IMG/VR virus record: IMGVR_UViG_3300011337_000358
DNA: 13,134 nucleotides
Direction: 5' to 3' (one strand)
Source: a virus
Taxonomy: Duplodnaviria > Heunggongvirae > Uroviricota > Caudoviricetes
Part shown: piece by piece, positions 1 to 7,772 of the stretch
Layout of the letters: every line of letters begins with the position of its first letter
Numbering within the stretch: the stretch's first letter is position 1
The notes under the pieces: generated by a model
Seen by the model: only the letters and a program-made list of their open reading frames with translations
What the model was told of the DNA's origin: nothing
The model's database searches: none
Position numbers and translations under genes: made by a program

Positions 1-1
1 A

Positions 2-31
2 AAAGCCTTTAAGGCAATGGCGGGGTTATAA
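2..31 (+). CDS. 3' end of an upstream gene (partial, ...KAFKAMAGL*)
   Basis: Frame from nt 2 reads aaa gcc ttt aag gca atg gcg ggg tta taa. The stop at 29-31 lies 2 nt before the next ATG (34), matching the tight packing elsewhere. Only 9 codons are visible. Confidence 0.45.
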   Translation, partial: KAFKAMAGL

Positions 32-33
32 GT

Positions 34-672
34 ATGGCAACTATATTACAAAAAAAAACAGGATTTGAAAATCCAATGGCATTGGATGATGAGCACCATG
101 ATGCATTGGCAGCTGATCCTGCAATAACACAATTCCCGCAAGGAAGTACATATGGAGGAAATTCAATTGAGTTCAACATATCATCAAGCGGGTCTTCAGC
201 ATTTGGCTCACCTTCGTCAGGAGGATTCGGCTCATCCAGTCCGGGTTTTGGTGCAGTACCCCCAATATCAGGAGGCTTTGGTTCAAGTACAGGCTTTGGA
301 GCGTCAACGTCTGGCTTTGGAAGCACACAAAACATTAACCAATCAACCGGAAATCAATCAGTACTCACGGGAGCCGCACCAACAAATGCCGCCAGCGGAG
401 CAGACGTATTAGTAGCAAATGATAACACAGATTGGATTAACAAAAAATGGCGTCCAGTTATGGGTTGGGTGTATATGTTAACTTGCACTATGGACTTTGT
501 TGTATTCCCTATATTATGGAGTTTACTGCAAGCATTGAGTAAAGGTAGCGTTACTATGCAATGGCAACCATTAACATTACAAGGTGCTGGTCTTTACCAT
601 ATTGCTATGGGTGCAGTTCTTGGTATTGCGGCTTATGGGCGTACTAAAGAAAAGATTGAAGGTAAATCATAA
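34..672 (+). CDS. 3TM holin-family membrane protein (GTA_holin_3TM-like) with long G/S/F-rich N-terminal extension, 212 aa
   Basis: The C-terminal ~85 aa read DWINKKWRPVMGWVY...FVVFPILW...GAVLGIAAYGRTKEKIEG. This matches my recollection of the WRPxxGW...G.R..EK..G pattern of the 3TM gene-transfer holin family, with 2-3 hydrophobic helices. The N-terminal ~125 aa are low complexity. Confidence 0.7.
   Translation: MATILQKKTGFENPMALDDEHHDALAADPAITQFPQGSTYGGNSIEFNISSSGSSAFGSPSSGGFGSSSPGFGAVPPISGGFGSSTGFGASTSGFGSTQNINQSTGNQSVLTGAAPTNAASGADVLVANDNTDWINKKWRPVMGWVYMLTCTMDFVVFPILWSLLQALSKGSVTMQWQPLTLQGAGLYHIAMGAVLGIAAYGRTKEKIEGKS
181..327 (+). repeat. Six FG peptide repeats (SAFGS, GGFGS, PGFGA, GGFGS, TGFGA, SGFGS)
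   Basis: Read directly from the translation, aa 50-98. FG dipeptides at aa 57, 65, 72, 82, 88 and 95 with Ser/Gly/Thr/Pro spacers. Confidence 0.85.
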
Positions 673-738
673 GTAACACTATGATAATAGATGAAGTTGA
701 CCATTTGCGGTAATGGAACAATTAACTAGAAAACTAGT

Positions 739-767
739 TTGACAATTTTAATTGTATAGTATATAAT
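739..767 (+). promoter_or_regulatory. Perfect sigma70-type promoter (host RNAP, early)
   Basis: TTGACA 739-744, 17-nt spacer, TATAAT 762-767. Predicted +1 is about 774-775, at the ATG (775). Confidence 0.85.
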
Positions 768-774
768 ATATGTT

Positions 775-1143
775 ATGCATATTTTGTCAACTCAATTAAA
801 ATTCACCAAAGAACAAATACTTGAATTTGGTAAAATAACCGGAGACTCGGGGCCTATACATAGCATTGATTTAATAGTACAAGGCGGATTAATTATAAGT
901 TGTTTACCAAAAATTCTAAATGATATTATGACTAGAGATAATATTGATGAAGGTTATACTCATAGTGTTAGTATGATTTTAGAAGCAAAATTTAGAAACA
1001 AATTGCCAGCCGATACATTAGTTACTGTTGATTTTATCCGCGAAGATACTACCAAATTAATTTCCAGATTTAGTTGGCGTGTATATAGTGTAGATACTGA
1101 ATATTGTTTTGGTAAATGGGTAATTTACAAAGCTAAACGTTGA
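775..1143 (+). CDS. MaoC-like / (R)-enoyl-CoA hydratase-like hot-dog-fold protein, 122 aa
   Basis: FTKEQILEFGKITGDSGPIH...IVQGGLI resembles the MaoC hydratase motif (F..l[ST]GD.NPIH...HG.l). The later FRNKLPADTLVTV matches the F..Pv..GD.l strand pattern. Confidence 0.7.
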   Translation: MHILSTQLKFTKEQILEFGKITGDSGPIHSIDLIVQGGLIISCLPKILNDIMTRDNIDEGYTHSVSMILEAKFRNKLPADTLVTVDFIREDTTKLISRFSWRVYSVDTEYCFGKWVIYKAKR

Positions 1144-1151
1144 CTTGATTA

Positions 1152-1955
1152 ATGGATCATTATGTAACTTTAGGGGTAAACAAAAATGCTACCCCGGACG
1201 ATATTAAAAAAGCATATCGCAAACTGGCAAGTAAACATCATCCCGATAAAGGGGGCGATACCGCAACGTTTCAACAAATTGAAGAAGCATATCGTATTCT
1301 CAGTGATCCACAACAACGTCAACAATATGACAATCCAATGCCACAAGGCTTTGGGCAGAATTTTAATTTTAACGGTGGACCTGATATCTTCCAAGACTTT
1401 ATGAGTCAGGTGTTTAGGCAACAACATCAGCAACATCAACACCGCCAGAGACAAAAACCAGTATTTAGAACCACAGTAACTGTAACACTTGAACAGTCAT
1501 ACAAAGGTGAAGAGCAAGTTATCAGACTACAAACACCTACACTTACACATGCGGCAAATATTCAAACTCCGAAAGGGGTTCATAATGGTGACCAAGTTAA
1601 ATTTGATAATATCATACAAGAGGCAAGTCTTATTGTAGAGTTTAAAATTATACCACATTTAAAATATGATAGAAATGGAAATGACTTGTTATCAAATCAC
1701 CCGATATCAATATTAGATTTAATTACAGGGACATCGTTTGAGTTTACTACTATTTCAGGTAAAACATTTGAAGTTACAGTTAAACCTAAAACGCAACCAT
1801 TTATACAATTAAAAATTACAGGACAAGGTATGCCCATACATGGAACCAATCAGTTTGGCGACCAAATAATCTTGTTAAAACCCTATATACCTGATATAAT
1901 TGACGAATCAATTATTAACAGCATTCTACAATCTAAAAATAAGGAATCAATATGA
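1152..1955 (+). CDS. dnaJ: DnaJ/CbpA-like class II J-domain co-chaperone, 267 aa
   Basis: J-domain DHYVTLGV...[19 protein letters not shown] (HPD motif), a G/F-rich linker ([11 protein letters not shown]), no CxxCxGxG zinc fingers, and a DnaJ_C-like C-terminus (RNGNDL...ISILDLITG...GQGMP...GDQII). Confidence 0.9.
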   Translation: MDHYVTLGVNKNATPDDIKKAYRKLASKHHPDKGGDTATFQQIEEAYRILSDPQQRQQYDNPMPQGFGQNFNFNGGPDIFQDFMSQVFRQQHQQHQHRQRQKPVFRTTVTVTLEQSYKGEEQVIRLQTPTLTHAANIQTPKGVHNGDQVKFDNIIQEASLIVEFKIIPHLKYDRNGNDLLSNHPISILDLITGTSFEFTTISGKTFEVTVKPKTQPFIQLKITGQGMPIHGTNQFGDQIILLKPYIPDIIDESIINSILQSKNKESI

Positions 1956-4213
1956 CAAATTCTCCGGAAATAGAAAACATTATCGAACAATCGATTGAGT
2001 ATGCCAAACAACGTAAACATCAATATGTTACAGTTGAACACTTACTTCTTGCATTAATTAATCATCCATCTTTTACTAAATGCGTAGTTGGCTTTGGCAT
2101 AGATGTTGAGTCAATGTCACACGAAATCACTGGTTATTTAGATAGCTTACACGCTATTGTTTCTACTGAAACTGAAGTAGTTCCACGCAAAACAAGTAGT
2201 TTAGAACGGGTTATGAATCGTTCTGTCACTCAGGTTCTATTCACCGGACGTAGACAAGTTACTACTATTGATTTGTATCTAAGTATTGCAAGTGAAGGTA
2301 ACAGTCACGCACATTATTTCATGCTCAAATACGGTATGCAAAAGAATGAGTTTGTTGCGTACTGGCAAAAACACTATAAGAATGAAGGCGCCGGCAATCT
2401 TACTGAAAATCAAGCAGATGAAATTCTTGAAGAATATACTATTAACCTAAGTGAACTTGCTAGTCAAGGTAAACTTGAACCATTGATTGGTCGTGCAAAA
2501 GAACTTGATGATATTATCAATGTGCTTGCTAAACGATTTAAATCAAATGTATTGATGGTGGGTGATCCGGGTGTAGGTAAAACTGCTATTGCCGAAGGTC
2601 TTGCACAAATGATGCACGACAAACAAGTGCCTGAATTTTTAGAAGGTCATCAACTATATTCATTAGAAGTTGGTTCATTACTTGCCGGCAGCAAATATCG
2701 CGGGGACTTTGAAGAAAAAGTCAAAGCCATTATCGATGCATTGAATACTAAAAAGAAAGCTATTTTATTCATTGACGAAGCACATACTATGCAAGGTGCA
2801 GGTTCAAGCTCCAATGGTAGTGTTGACTTTGCTAATATGATTACACCAGCAATTACTAAAGGCACATTGAAAGTTATTGCTAGTACTACTTGGGAAGAAT
2901 ACTACGAACGTTTTGAGAAGGATCGTGCATTAATGCGTAGATTCTATCGTGTCTCAATTGATGAACCAAGCAACGAATCTACTGTTCGAATTCTTTCTGG
3001 ACTAAGCACACGATTGAATGACTTTCATAGTGTTGAAATTCAAGAAGATGCAATTAAAGCATCAGTTGAAATGTCAACACGATACATTCACGACCGAAAA
3101 AATCCTGATAAAAGTATTGACTTATTGGATGCGGCTTGTGCTAAACAACGTGTTGCAGGTAATAAAGGTGCACATATTACTAAAGACTTAGTGTTTGACC
3201 AAGTAGAGAAGTTTACGGGAGTTCCTGCAGATAAGATGAAGGGTGATAATTTTGACCTTATCAATAACCTTGAGATTAATATCAAAGGTAAATTATATGG
3301 TCAAGATGAAACCGTTCAGCAAGTGTTAGAACGTATCTATGTTAACTTTGCTGGTATCGGTAATGATACTAAACCAACAGGTAGTTTCTTGTTTTTAGGC
3401 CCAACAGGTACAGGTAAAACAGAATTGGCTAAGTTGTTAAGTAAGAACCTTGACATGCCATTGCTCAAATATGATATGAGTGAATACGGAGAAAAACATT
3501 CAGTATCTAGTTTGATCGGTCCGCCCCCTGGTTATGTTGGCTTCGGTGACAGTCAAGTCGGTGGTGGCCGTTTAATCAACGACTTAAGTAAGAACCCACA
3601 TGCTATCATGTTGTTTGATGAAGTTGAAAAAGCACACCCTGATATATTTAACATCTTCTTACAGATGTTAGACGAAGGTACTATTACAGGAAGTAATGGT
3701 AAGAAGGTTAACTGTAAGAATGCTATTATCATTATGACTAGTAACTTAGGTAGTGCCGATGGTGAGCGCAATAACATTGGTTTTGGATCACAAGACAAGC
3801 AAGGAGAAGATGATAAAGCATTGAAAGAATTCTTTAAGCCAGAATTCAGAAATCGTGTTGATTTGATTTGCAAGTTTAACAAACTTGATAGCTTGGCTAT
3901 TAAGAAAATTGTTATTAAGTTTACTGAAGATTTGAAAAAATCATTAATTGAAAAACACAATATCAATTTAGTATTGACAGAACCAGTAGTTGAGTATCTA
4001 GCTGAACAAGGGTATGACAAGAAAATGGGTGCTAGACCACTAGCACGTAAGATTGACGAATTGATTCGTGTACCACTGAGTAAAAAAGTATTGTTTGAAC
4101 GCATTAAAAATGCTACTATTACTGCCAACATTGTTGGTGACACTATTGATTTTGCAGTGACACACAAATTAACAGCTAAGGTGAATGACGATGGCATTAT
4201 TGAGGTCAGTTGA
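1952..4213 (+). CDS. clpA: ATP-dependent Clp protease ATP-binding subunit ClpA, 753 aa
   Basis: Clp N-domain ([13 protein letters not shown]). D1: Walker A GDPGVGKT, pore loop GSKYRGDFE, Walker B IDEAH. D2: Walker [13 protein letters not shown] loop, Walker B FDEVEK. ClpP-docking IGF loop (NNIGFGS). No ClpB coiled-coil M domain. SD AAGGA at 1941-1945; ATGA overlap with dnaJ. Confidence 0.93.
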   Translation: MTNSPEIENIIEQSIEYAKQRKHQYVTVEHLLLALINHPSFTKCVVGFGIDVESMSHEITGYLDSLHAIVSTETEVVPRKTSSLERVMNRSVTQVLFTGRRQVTTIDLYLSIASEGNSHAHYFMLKYGMQKNEFVAYWQKHYKNEGAGNLTENQADEILEEYTINLSELASQGKLEPLIGRAKELDDIINVLAKRFKSNVLMVGDPGVGKTAIAEGLAQMMHDKQVPEFLEGHQLYSLEVGSLLAGSKYRGDFEEKVKAIIDALNTKKKAILFIDEAHTMQGAGSSSNGSVDFANMITPAITKGTLKVIASTTWEEYYERFEKDRALMRRFYRVSIDEPSNESTVRILSGLSTRLNDFHSVEIQEDAIKASVEMSTRYIHDRKNPDKSIDLLDAACAKQRVAGNKGAHITKDLVFDQVEKFTGVPADKMKGDNFDLINNLEINIKGKLYGQDETVQQVLERIYVNFAGIGNDTKPTGSFLFLGPTGTGKTELAKLLSKNLDMPLLKYDMSEYGEKHSVSSLIGPPPGYVGFGDSQVGGGRLINDLSKNPHAIMLFDEVEKAHPDIFNIFLQMLDEGTITGSNGKKVNCKNAIIIMTSNLGSADGERNNIGFGSQDKQGEDDKALKEFFKPEFRNRVDLICKFNKLDSLAIKKIVIKFTEDLKKSLIEKHNINLVLTEPVVEYLAEQGYDKKMGARPLARKIDELIRVPLSKKVLFERIKNATITANIVGDTIDFAVTHKLTAKVNDDGIIEVS

Positions 4214-4925
4214 AAATATACCCGGTGTTAATTTTTATGAACATCGGGATCAGCTTTATTATAACAAATATGAATATAGAGCTAGATTTTATCTAGTGGG
4301 AGTTCGGTATACATGGTATATCAAAGATAATATTCAGGAACTAGTTGACAAATTAAATGGCCCTGCAATAGGCTACAGCTACAGTTACATAAATGGAGAA
4401 ACCAATAGAGATGAGATTAAAGAAAATATTCCTAAATTAAAGAAATTTTTACACTGGCGTAACGAAATTAAAAAGAAGAAAAATTCTACTATAAGAGTTG
4501 AGCATAATACTGTTGCGGTGTTCAGTAATGATTTACAAGAATTACACGACATTACAAATATTATTCCTGATATTGAAATAGATATCACACAAGCACAAAC
4601 ATCTAATTTTGTTGGGGTTAGGTATTTTGTGCGTAAACCAAAACATAGTTATAGAGTTTATTTAAAATCTAGGCGTATTGAGGGTTCATTTGCTAAGGAT
4701 TTACATGAATTGTTTAAAAAGAACAAAAAGTTGTATCCATGCAATTCGCTTAAACATTGGGCTAAGGGTAGTGCAAGCAATACTAATATGTGGAGGTATC
4801 GTTTTAGTAGTGCTACTCACTTTATTGACTATGATGATGAGAGCACCTTAAGCTATCTAGCAATATTGCACGGAGATATGCTTGGAAAACGCTATAAATT
4901 AGAAAAACGTCCTGATCCTATCTAA
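4191..4925 (+). CDS. Hypothetical basic, aromatic-rich protein, 244 aa
   Basis: Long ORF overlapping the clpA end. AAGGTG at 4178-4183 is correctly spaced for ATG 4191, not for ATG 4185 as given in the track. No recognised motif. Confidence 0.75.
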   Translation: MALLRSVENIPGVNFYEHRDQLYYNKYEYRARFYLVGVRYTWYIKDNIQELVDKLNGPAIGYSYSYINGETNRDEIKENIPKLKKFLHWRNEIKKKKNSTIRVEHNTVAVFSNDLQELHDITNIIPDIEIDITQAQTSNFVGVRYFVRKPKHSYRVYLKSRRIEGSFAKDLHELFKKNKKLYPCNSLKHWAKGSASNTNMWRYRFSSATHFIDYDDESTLSYLAILHGDMLGKRYKLEKRPDPI

Positions 4926-4926
4926 A

Positions 4927-4963
4927 ATGATAAATACTCTAATAAAATGGAGTATTTACCATG
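4927..4963 (+). promoter_or_regulatory. T4-like late promoter (TAAATA 4931-4936) inside an SD-sequestering hairpin
   Basis: TAAATACTCTA (4931-4941) pairs with TGGAGTATTTA (4948-4958): 11 bp including one G-U. After one mismatch, ATG 4927-4929 pairs with CAT 4960-4962. The stem covers GGAG (4949-4952) and part of the start codon. Confidence 0.8.
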
Positions 4964-5125
4964 GCAAAGATTGTCGAAGATGTATTAGTCATCAAATTCA
5001 GTAAAATCGTTAAGGACAGCGAAGAAGGTTCTCCTATCGCTGGTTCTGATGTTCAAGCCGCATTAGAGCAAGTAGCACAGGAACTAGTTGGTTCGGGTGT
5101 TGTTGTTGAGGTTGTTCAAGCATGA
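4961..5125 (+). CDS. Small 54-aa protein (MAKIVEDVLVIKFSKIVKDSEEGSPIAGSDVQAALEQVAQELVGSGVVVEVVQA), not in ORF track
   Basis: GGAG SD 8 nt upstream, its own late promoter, and an ATGA overlap with the next gene (5122-5125). Confidence 0.8.
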   Translation: MAKIVEDVLVIKFSKIVKDSEEGSPIAGSDVQAALEQVAQELVGSGVVVEVVQA

Positions 5126-5496
5126 GCCAAACTACAACATTAATACTGTTGCCGCAAACTACATACCAGAATCCAGGTAACGGAGCACCTTACACAGTTG
5201 TAGGGAACGCTCAACCAGCCGCTGCCTACTATCTAGGTAACAGAGACTTGCAAACAGTTAATCTTAGTTTAACTAACATGACAGGTAATATTGTAATTCA
5301 AGCTACACTATCAAATCCAGCAACACTTGATAGTCAATGGTTTGATGTATATGAATTAGATGCAAATGCTAATTCATCCGGCGATAACTCAAACGCACAA
5401 ACATATACAAATATAACAGGTAACTTTGTTTATATGAGAGCAAAGATTGTAGACTTCCAAGCTGGAGGCGTTAATTTTGTTAAGCTAAGTTATTAA
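5122..5496 (+). CDS. Probable virion structural protein (beta-rich), 124 aa
   Basis: T/N/Q/G-rich, beta-strand-like sequence (LQTVNLSLTNMTGNIVIQATL...WFDVYEL...NITGNFVYMRAKI) with few charged residues, in a late operon. The function is an inference. Confidence 0.55.
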   Translation: MSQTTTLILLPQTTYQNPGNGAPYTVVGNAQPAAAYYLGNRDLQTVNLSLTNMTGNIVIQATLSNPATLDSQWFDVYELDANANSSGDNSNAQTYTNITGNFVYMRAKIVDFQAGGVNFVKLSY

Positions 5497-5497
5497 T

Positions 5498-6781
5498 ATG
5501 AAACAAATTGTCATTATGCCGGGAGGCTTTCATCCATTTCATGCAGGGCACGCCGCACTATATCAAAGTGCAGTGAAAGCATTTCCGAGTGCAGAAGTAT
5601 ATGTTGCCGCTACCAATGACACAAAAACAAGACCTTTCCCCTTTAATATCAAAGAAAAACTAGCAAAACTTGCTGGCGTAGCTCCTGGACATTTTGTACA
5701 AGTTAAAAGTCCTTTTAAAGCAGAAGAAATCACAAGTCAATATAATCCAGAAGAAGATGTATTAATTTTTGTGCGTAGTGAAAAAGATAGAACAGAACAA
5801 CCTAAACCAGGTGGCACAAAGAAAGATGGTACACCTGCTTACTTTCAACCATGGACCGGTAAGAATTTACAGCCATTCAGTAAACATGCTTACATTGCTT
5901 ACTTACCAACTGTAGAGTTTGGACCTGGAATTCAGAGTGCGACTGAGATTCGCAACATGTGGCCTAAACTAAACGATAAGCGCAAGACTGCATTGGTTAT
6001 GAGTTTATATCCGATAACACAGACAAATCCTAAACTTGCCGCTAACGTTGTTAAGATGTTAGATATAGGCATGGGTGAACAACAAGGTGTGGCGGAGGAT
6101 AAAGAATCCGATCCAGTCACAAGTGCTGTATTAAATTTCTATAAGCCAGTAATAAATGATATCCACAAAGAAAAACTACCAGACTATGTTGACCAAGCTC
6201 GTGGATTGTTACAGAAAACAAATGATCCTGATATTCGTAGTAAATTAGTTGATATCTTTAAAAAGGGTAAAGAAAATCCATATATTCAAGGTGGCATTGT
6301 TACTACCGTTGGTGCAGTATTAGCCGGTGGTATATTAACTACAGCACAGAAGATGGGACTAAGCCCTGCACAAACTAACTTAGCATTACAAGCAATATTG
6401 AATACAGTTATTCCTACAGTTGTTTCACGTATCAATGGTAAAAACTGGAGTGATACAATTAAGTATACATTAGCAAGTGCAGGTATAGGTACAGGTATTG
6501 CCGGCGCAAGTTTAGTAGAAAACGATCCTTGGGGAGATCAAGGTAACTTTGCAGGTGATCGACACGTTGATATTGGTGGAATTTTTACTAGACCTAAATT
6601 AGGTGTAGGTGATATGGTTAAAGTAAATGCAGGTCATTTCAAAGGCATCGGAGAGATATCAGAAATTAAAGGTGACCGTGCAGAAGTTTGGATGGACAGC
6701 TATGCTAAATCCTTCATGTTTGATTTATCTGACCTAGTAAAGTATATACCCGAATCCATAGATTACTTAGAAGAAAAATAA
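5498..6781 (+). CDS. HxGH-superfamily cytidylyltransferase-like protein fused to extra C-terminal modules, 427 aa
   Basis: N-terminal PGGFHPFHAGH (HxGH) and SATEIR (SxT/SxxR) motifs. Then QQGVAE, a 141-aa hydrophobic module ending in LVE, and a KOW-like module. Confidence 0.8.
   Translation: MKQIVIMPGGFHPFHAGHAALYQSAVKAFPSAEVYVAATNDTKTRPFPFNIKEKLAKLAGVAPGHFVQVKSPFKAEEITSQYNPEEDVLIFVRSEKDRTEQPKPGGTKKDGTPAYFQPWTGKNLQPFSKHAYIAYLPTVEFGPGIQSATEIRNMWPKLNDKRKTALVMSLYPITQTNPKLAANVVKMLDIGMGEQQGVAEDKESDPVTSAVLNFYKPVINDIHKEKLPDYVDQARGLLQKTNDPDIRSKLVDIFKKGKENPYIQGGIVTTVGAVLAGGILTTAQKMGLSPAQTNLALQAILNTVIPTVVSRINGKNWSDTIKYTLASAGIGTGIAGASLVENDPWGDQGNFAGDRHVDIGGIFTRPKLGVGDMVKVNAGHFKGIGEISEIKGDRAEVWMDSYAKSFMFDLSDLVKYIPESIDYLEEK
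6083..6099 (+). repeat. QGVAE repeat copy 1 (CAAGGTGTGGCGGAGGA)
   Basis: 15/17 match to CAAGGTGTGGCGGAAGG with the first 14 nt identical. In frame, at the end of the cytidylyltransferase domain. Confidence 0.9.
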
Positions 6782-6801
6782 TTTGACCCCCTCGATAGAG
6801 T

Positions 6802-6828
6802 GTAAATATCTTTATCTTAACAAGAGGA
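6802..6828 (+). promoter_or_regulatory. Late promoter TAAATA (6803-6808) and SD GAGGA (6824-6828)
   Basis: Intergenic TAAATA 25 nt upstream of ATG 6833. A weaker upstream arm (ATTTG 6781-6785, CCTC 6790-6793) could pair with CAAAT and GAGG around the SD. Confidence 0.65.
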
Positions 6829-6832
6829 CCAA

Positions 6833-7729
6833 ATGGCAACTAAGAAAACCAAAAAAACTGAAGAAAAAACTGTACCCGTAGAAAAGGTACAGGAAATCGC
6901 TGAACAAGCGGCACAAGAACAGCAACAAGCCCCGCAACAGGGTCAAGTTCAAGTTAATGTTGACTTTCTAAAAACTACCCGTGTGCACATTGCTATGCCA
7001 TGTTACGGTGGTATGTTGACAGAATCAACATTTATGTCATTCATCAAGTGGGCTAACACAGCCCGTCAACTTGGTATTGACTGGACATTAGAAACAATGG
7101 TTAACGAATCATTGATTAGCCGAGCACGTAATACACTAACTGCAAAGTTCTTGGACATGCCAGACGCTACTCACTTGTTCTTTGTTGACGCTGACATTGG
7201 CTGGGAACCCTGGCATCTATTAGTTCTATTGAACCGTGATGTTGATGTTATTGGTGGACTATATCCAATGAAGACTATGCCTATTAAATGGGTAGTTAAT
7301 GGTTTTGAAGGTGCAGAAGAAGGCACTGATGGCCTACAGGAAGTATCTAAAGCAGGTACCGGTTTCTTACTAATGAAGAAGCATGTATTTGACAAATTGA
7401 AGTCTCATCCTGCAGTTAAGCAGTATAAGAACGACATTGGTTTAGATCCAAGATTTGACCAACACTTAAAGACTTACTTTGATACAGCAGTTCGTCAGAA
7501 TCGTTACTACAGTGAAGACTGGACATTCTGTGAAAACTGGCGTGATATAGGTGGTAAGATTTGGGTTGACAAGCGTGTACTATTACGTCACAGCGGCTCA
7601 TATGTTTTCTGCCAAGAGAACCAAGAACACTTGATGAAGACTATTGGACCCATGTACGTAGACCAATTGACTCAACAAGGTATTAAGCTAGTTGACAAAG
7701 ACGGCAACGAAGCTAAAATCAACAAATAA
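6833..7729 (+). CDS. GT-A fold (GT2-like) glycosyltransferase, 298 aa
   Basis: VHIAMPCYGG, SLISRARN, HLFFVDADIGW (DxD), AGTGFLLMKKHVF, YYSEDWTFC...GGKIWVD...LRH. K/E/Q-rich N-terminal ~40 aa. Confidence 0.75.
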   Translation: MATKKTKKTEEKTVPVEKVQEIAEQAAQEQQQAPQQGQVQVNVDFLKTTRVHIAMPCYGGMLTESTFMSFIKWANTARQLGIDWTLETMVNESLISRARNTLTAKFLDMPDATHLFFVDADIGWEPWHLLVLLNRDVDVIGGLYPMKTMPIKWVVNGFEGAEEGTDGLQEVSKAGTGFLLMKKHVFDKLKSHPAVKQYKNDIGLDPRFDQHLKTYFDTAVRQNRYYSEDWTFCENWRDIGGKIWVDKRVLLRHSGSYVFCQENQEHLMKTIGPMYVDQLTQQGIKLVDKDGNEAKINK

Positions 7730-7757
7730 AACAAAGCCCCGAAAGGGGCTTTTGTTT
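7729..7757. terminator. Rho-independent terminator, probably bidirectional
   Basis: AAGCCCC-GAAA-GGGGCTT (7734-7751) with a GNRA loop, followed by TTGTTT and preceded by an A-rich tract, directly after the stop at 7727-7729. Confidence 0.9.
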
Positions 7758-7772
7758 GATAAATACACTATG
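7758..7772 (+). promoter_or_regulatory. Late promoter ATAAATA directly upstream of ATG (probable leaderless start)
   Basis: GATAAATACACTATG: TAAATA 7760-7765, ATG 7770, no SD between them. Confidence 0.7.

Noticed and set aside
50-58. A9 homopolymer near the start of the holin-like gene as a phase-variation site
   Set aside because: The frame is intact and A-runs are common in Lys codons of an AT-rich genome. There is no evidence of slippage.
724-739. AACTAG-AAAA-CTAGTT hairpin as a terminator
   Set aside because: Only 6 bp, AT-rich, with no proper U-tract, and it overlaps the -35 box.
1420-1452. Gln/His micro-repeat in dnaJ ([12 protein letters not shown])
   Set aside because: Short low-complexity linker at the usual G/F-region position; not evidence of a separate element.
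1952-4213. ClpB or ClpC assignment
   Set aside because: There is no coiled-coil M domain or UVR insert between D1 and D2, the length is about 750 aa, and an IGF loop is present, all of which point to ClpA.
4290-4626. VGVRY occurring twice in the 244-aa hypothetical protein, suggesting internal duplication
   Set aside because: The flanking sequences are not colinear and the DNA differs, so a duplication cannot be supported by eye.
7692-7769. Track start of the NTase ORF at 7692
   Set aside because: It overlaps the GT gene and crosses a strong terminator. ATG 7770, after the late promoter, fits better.
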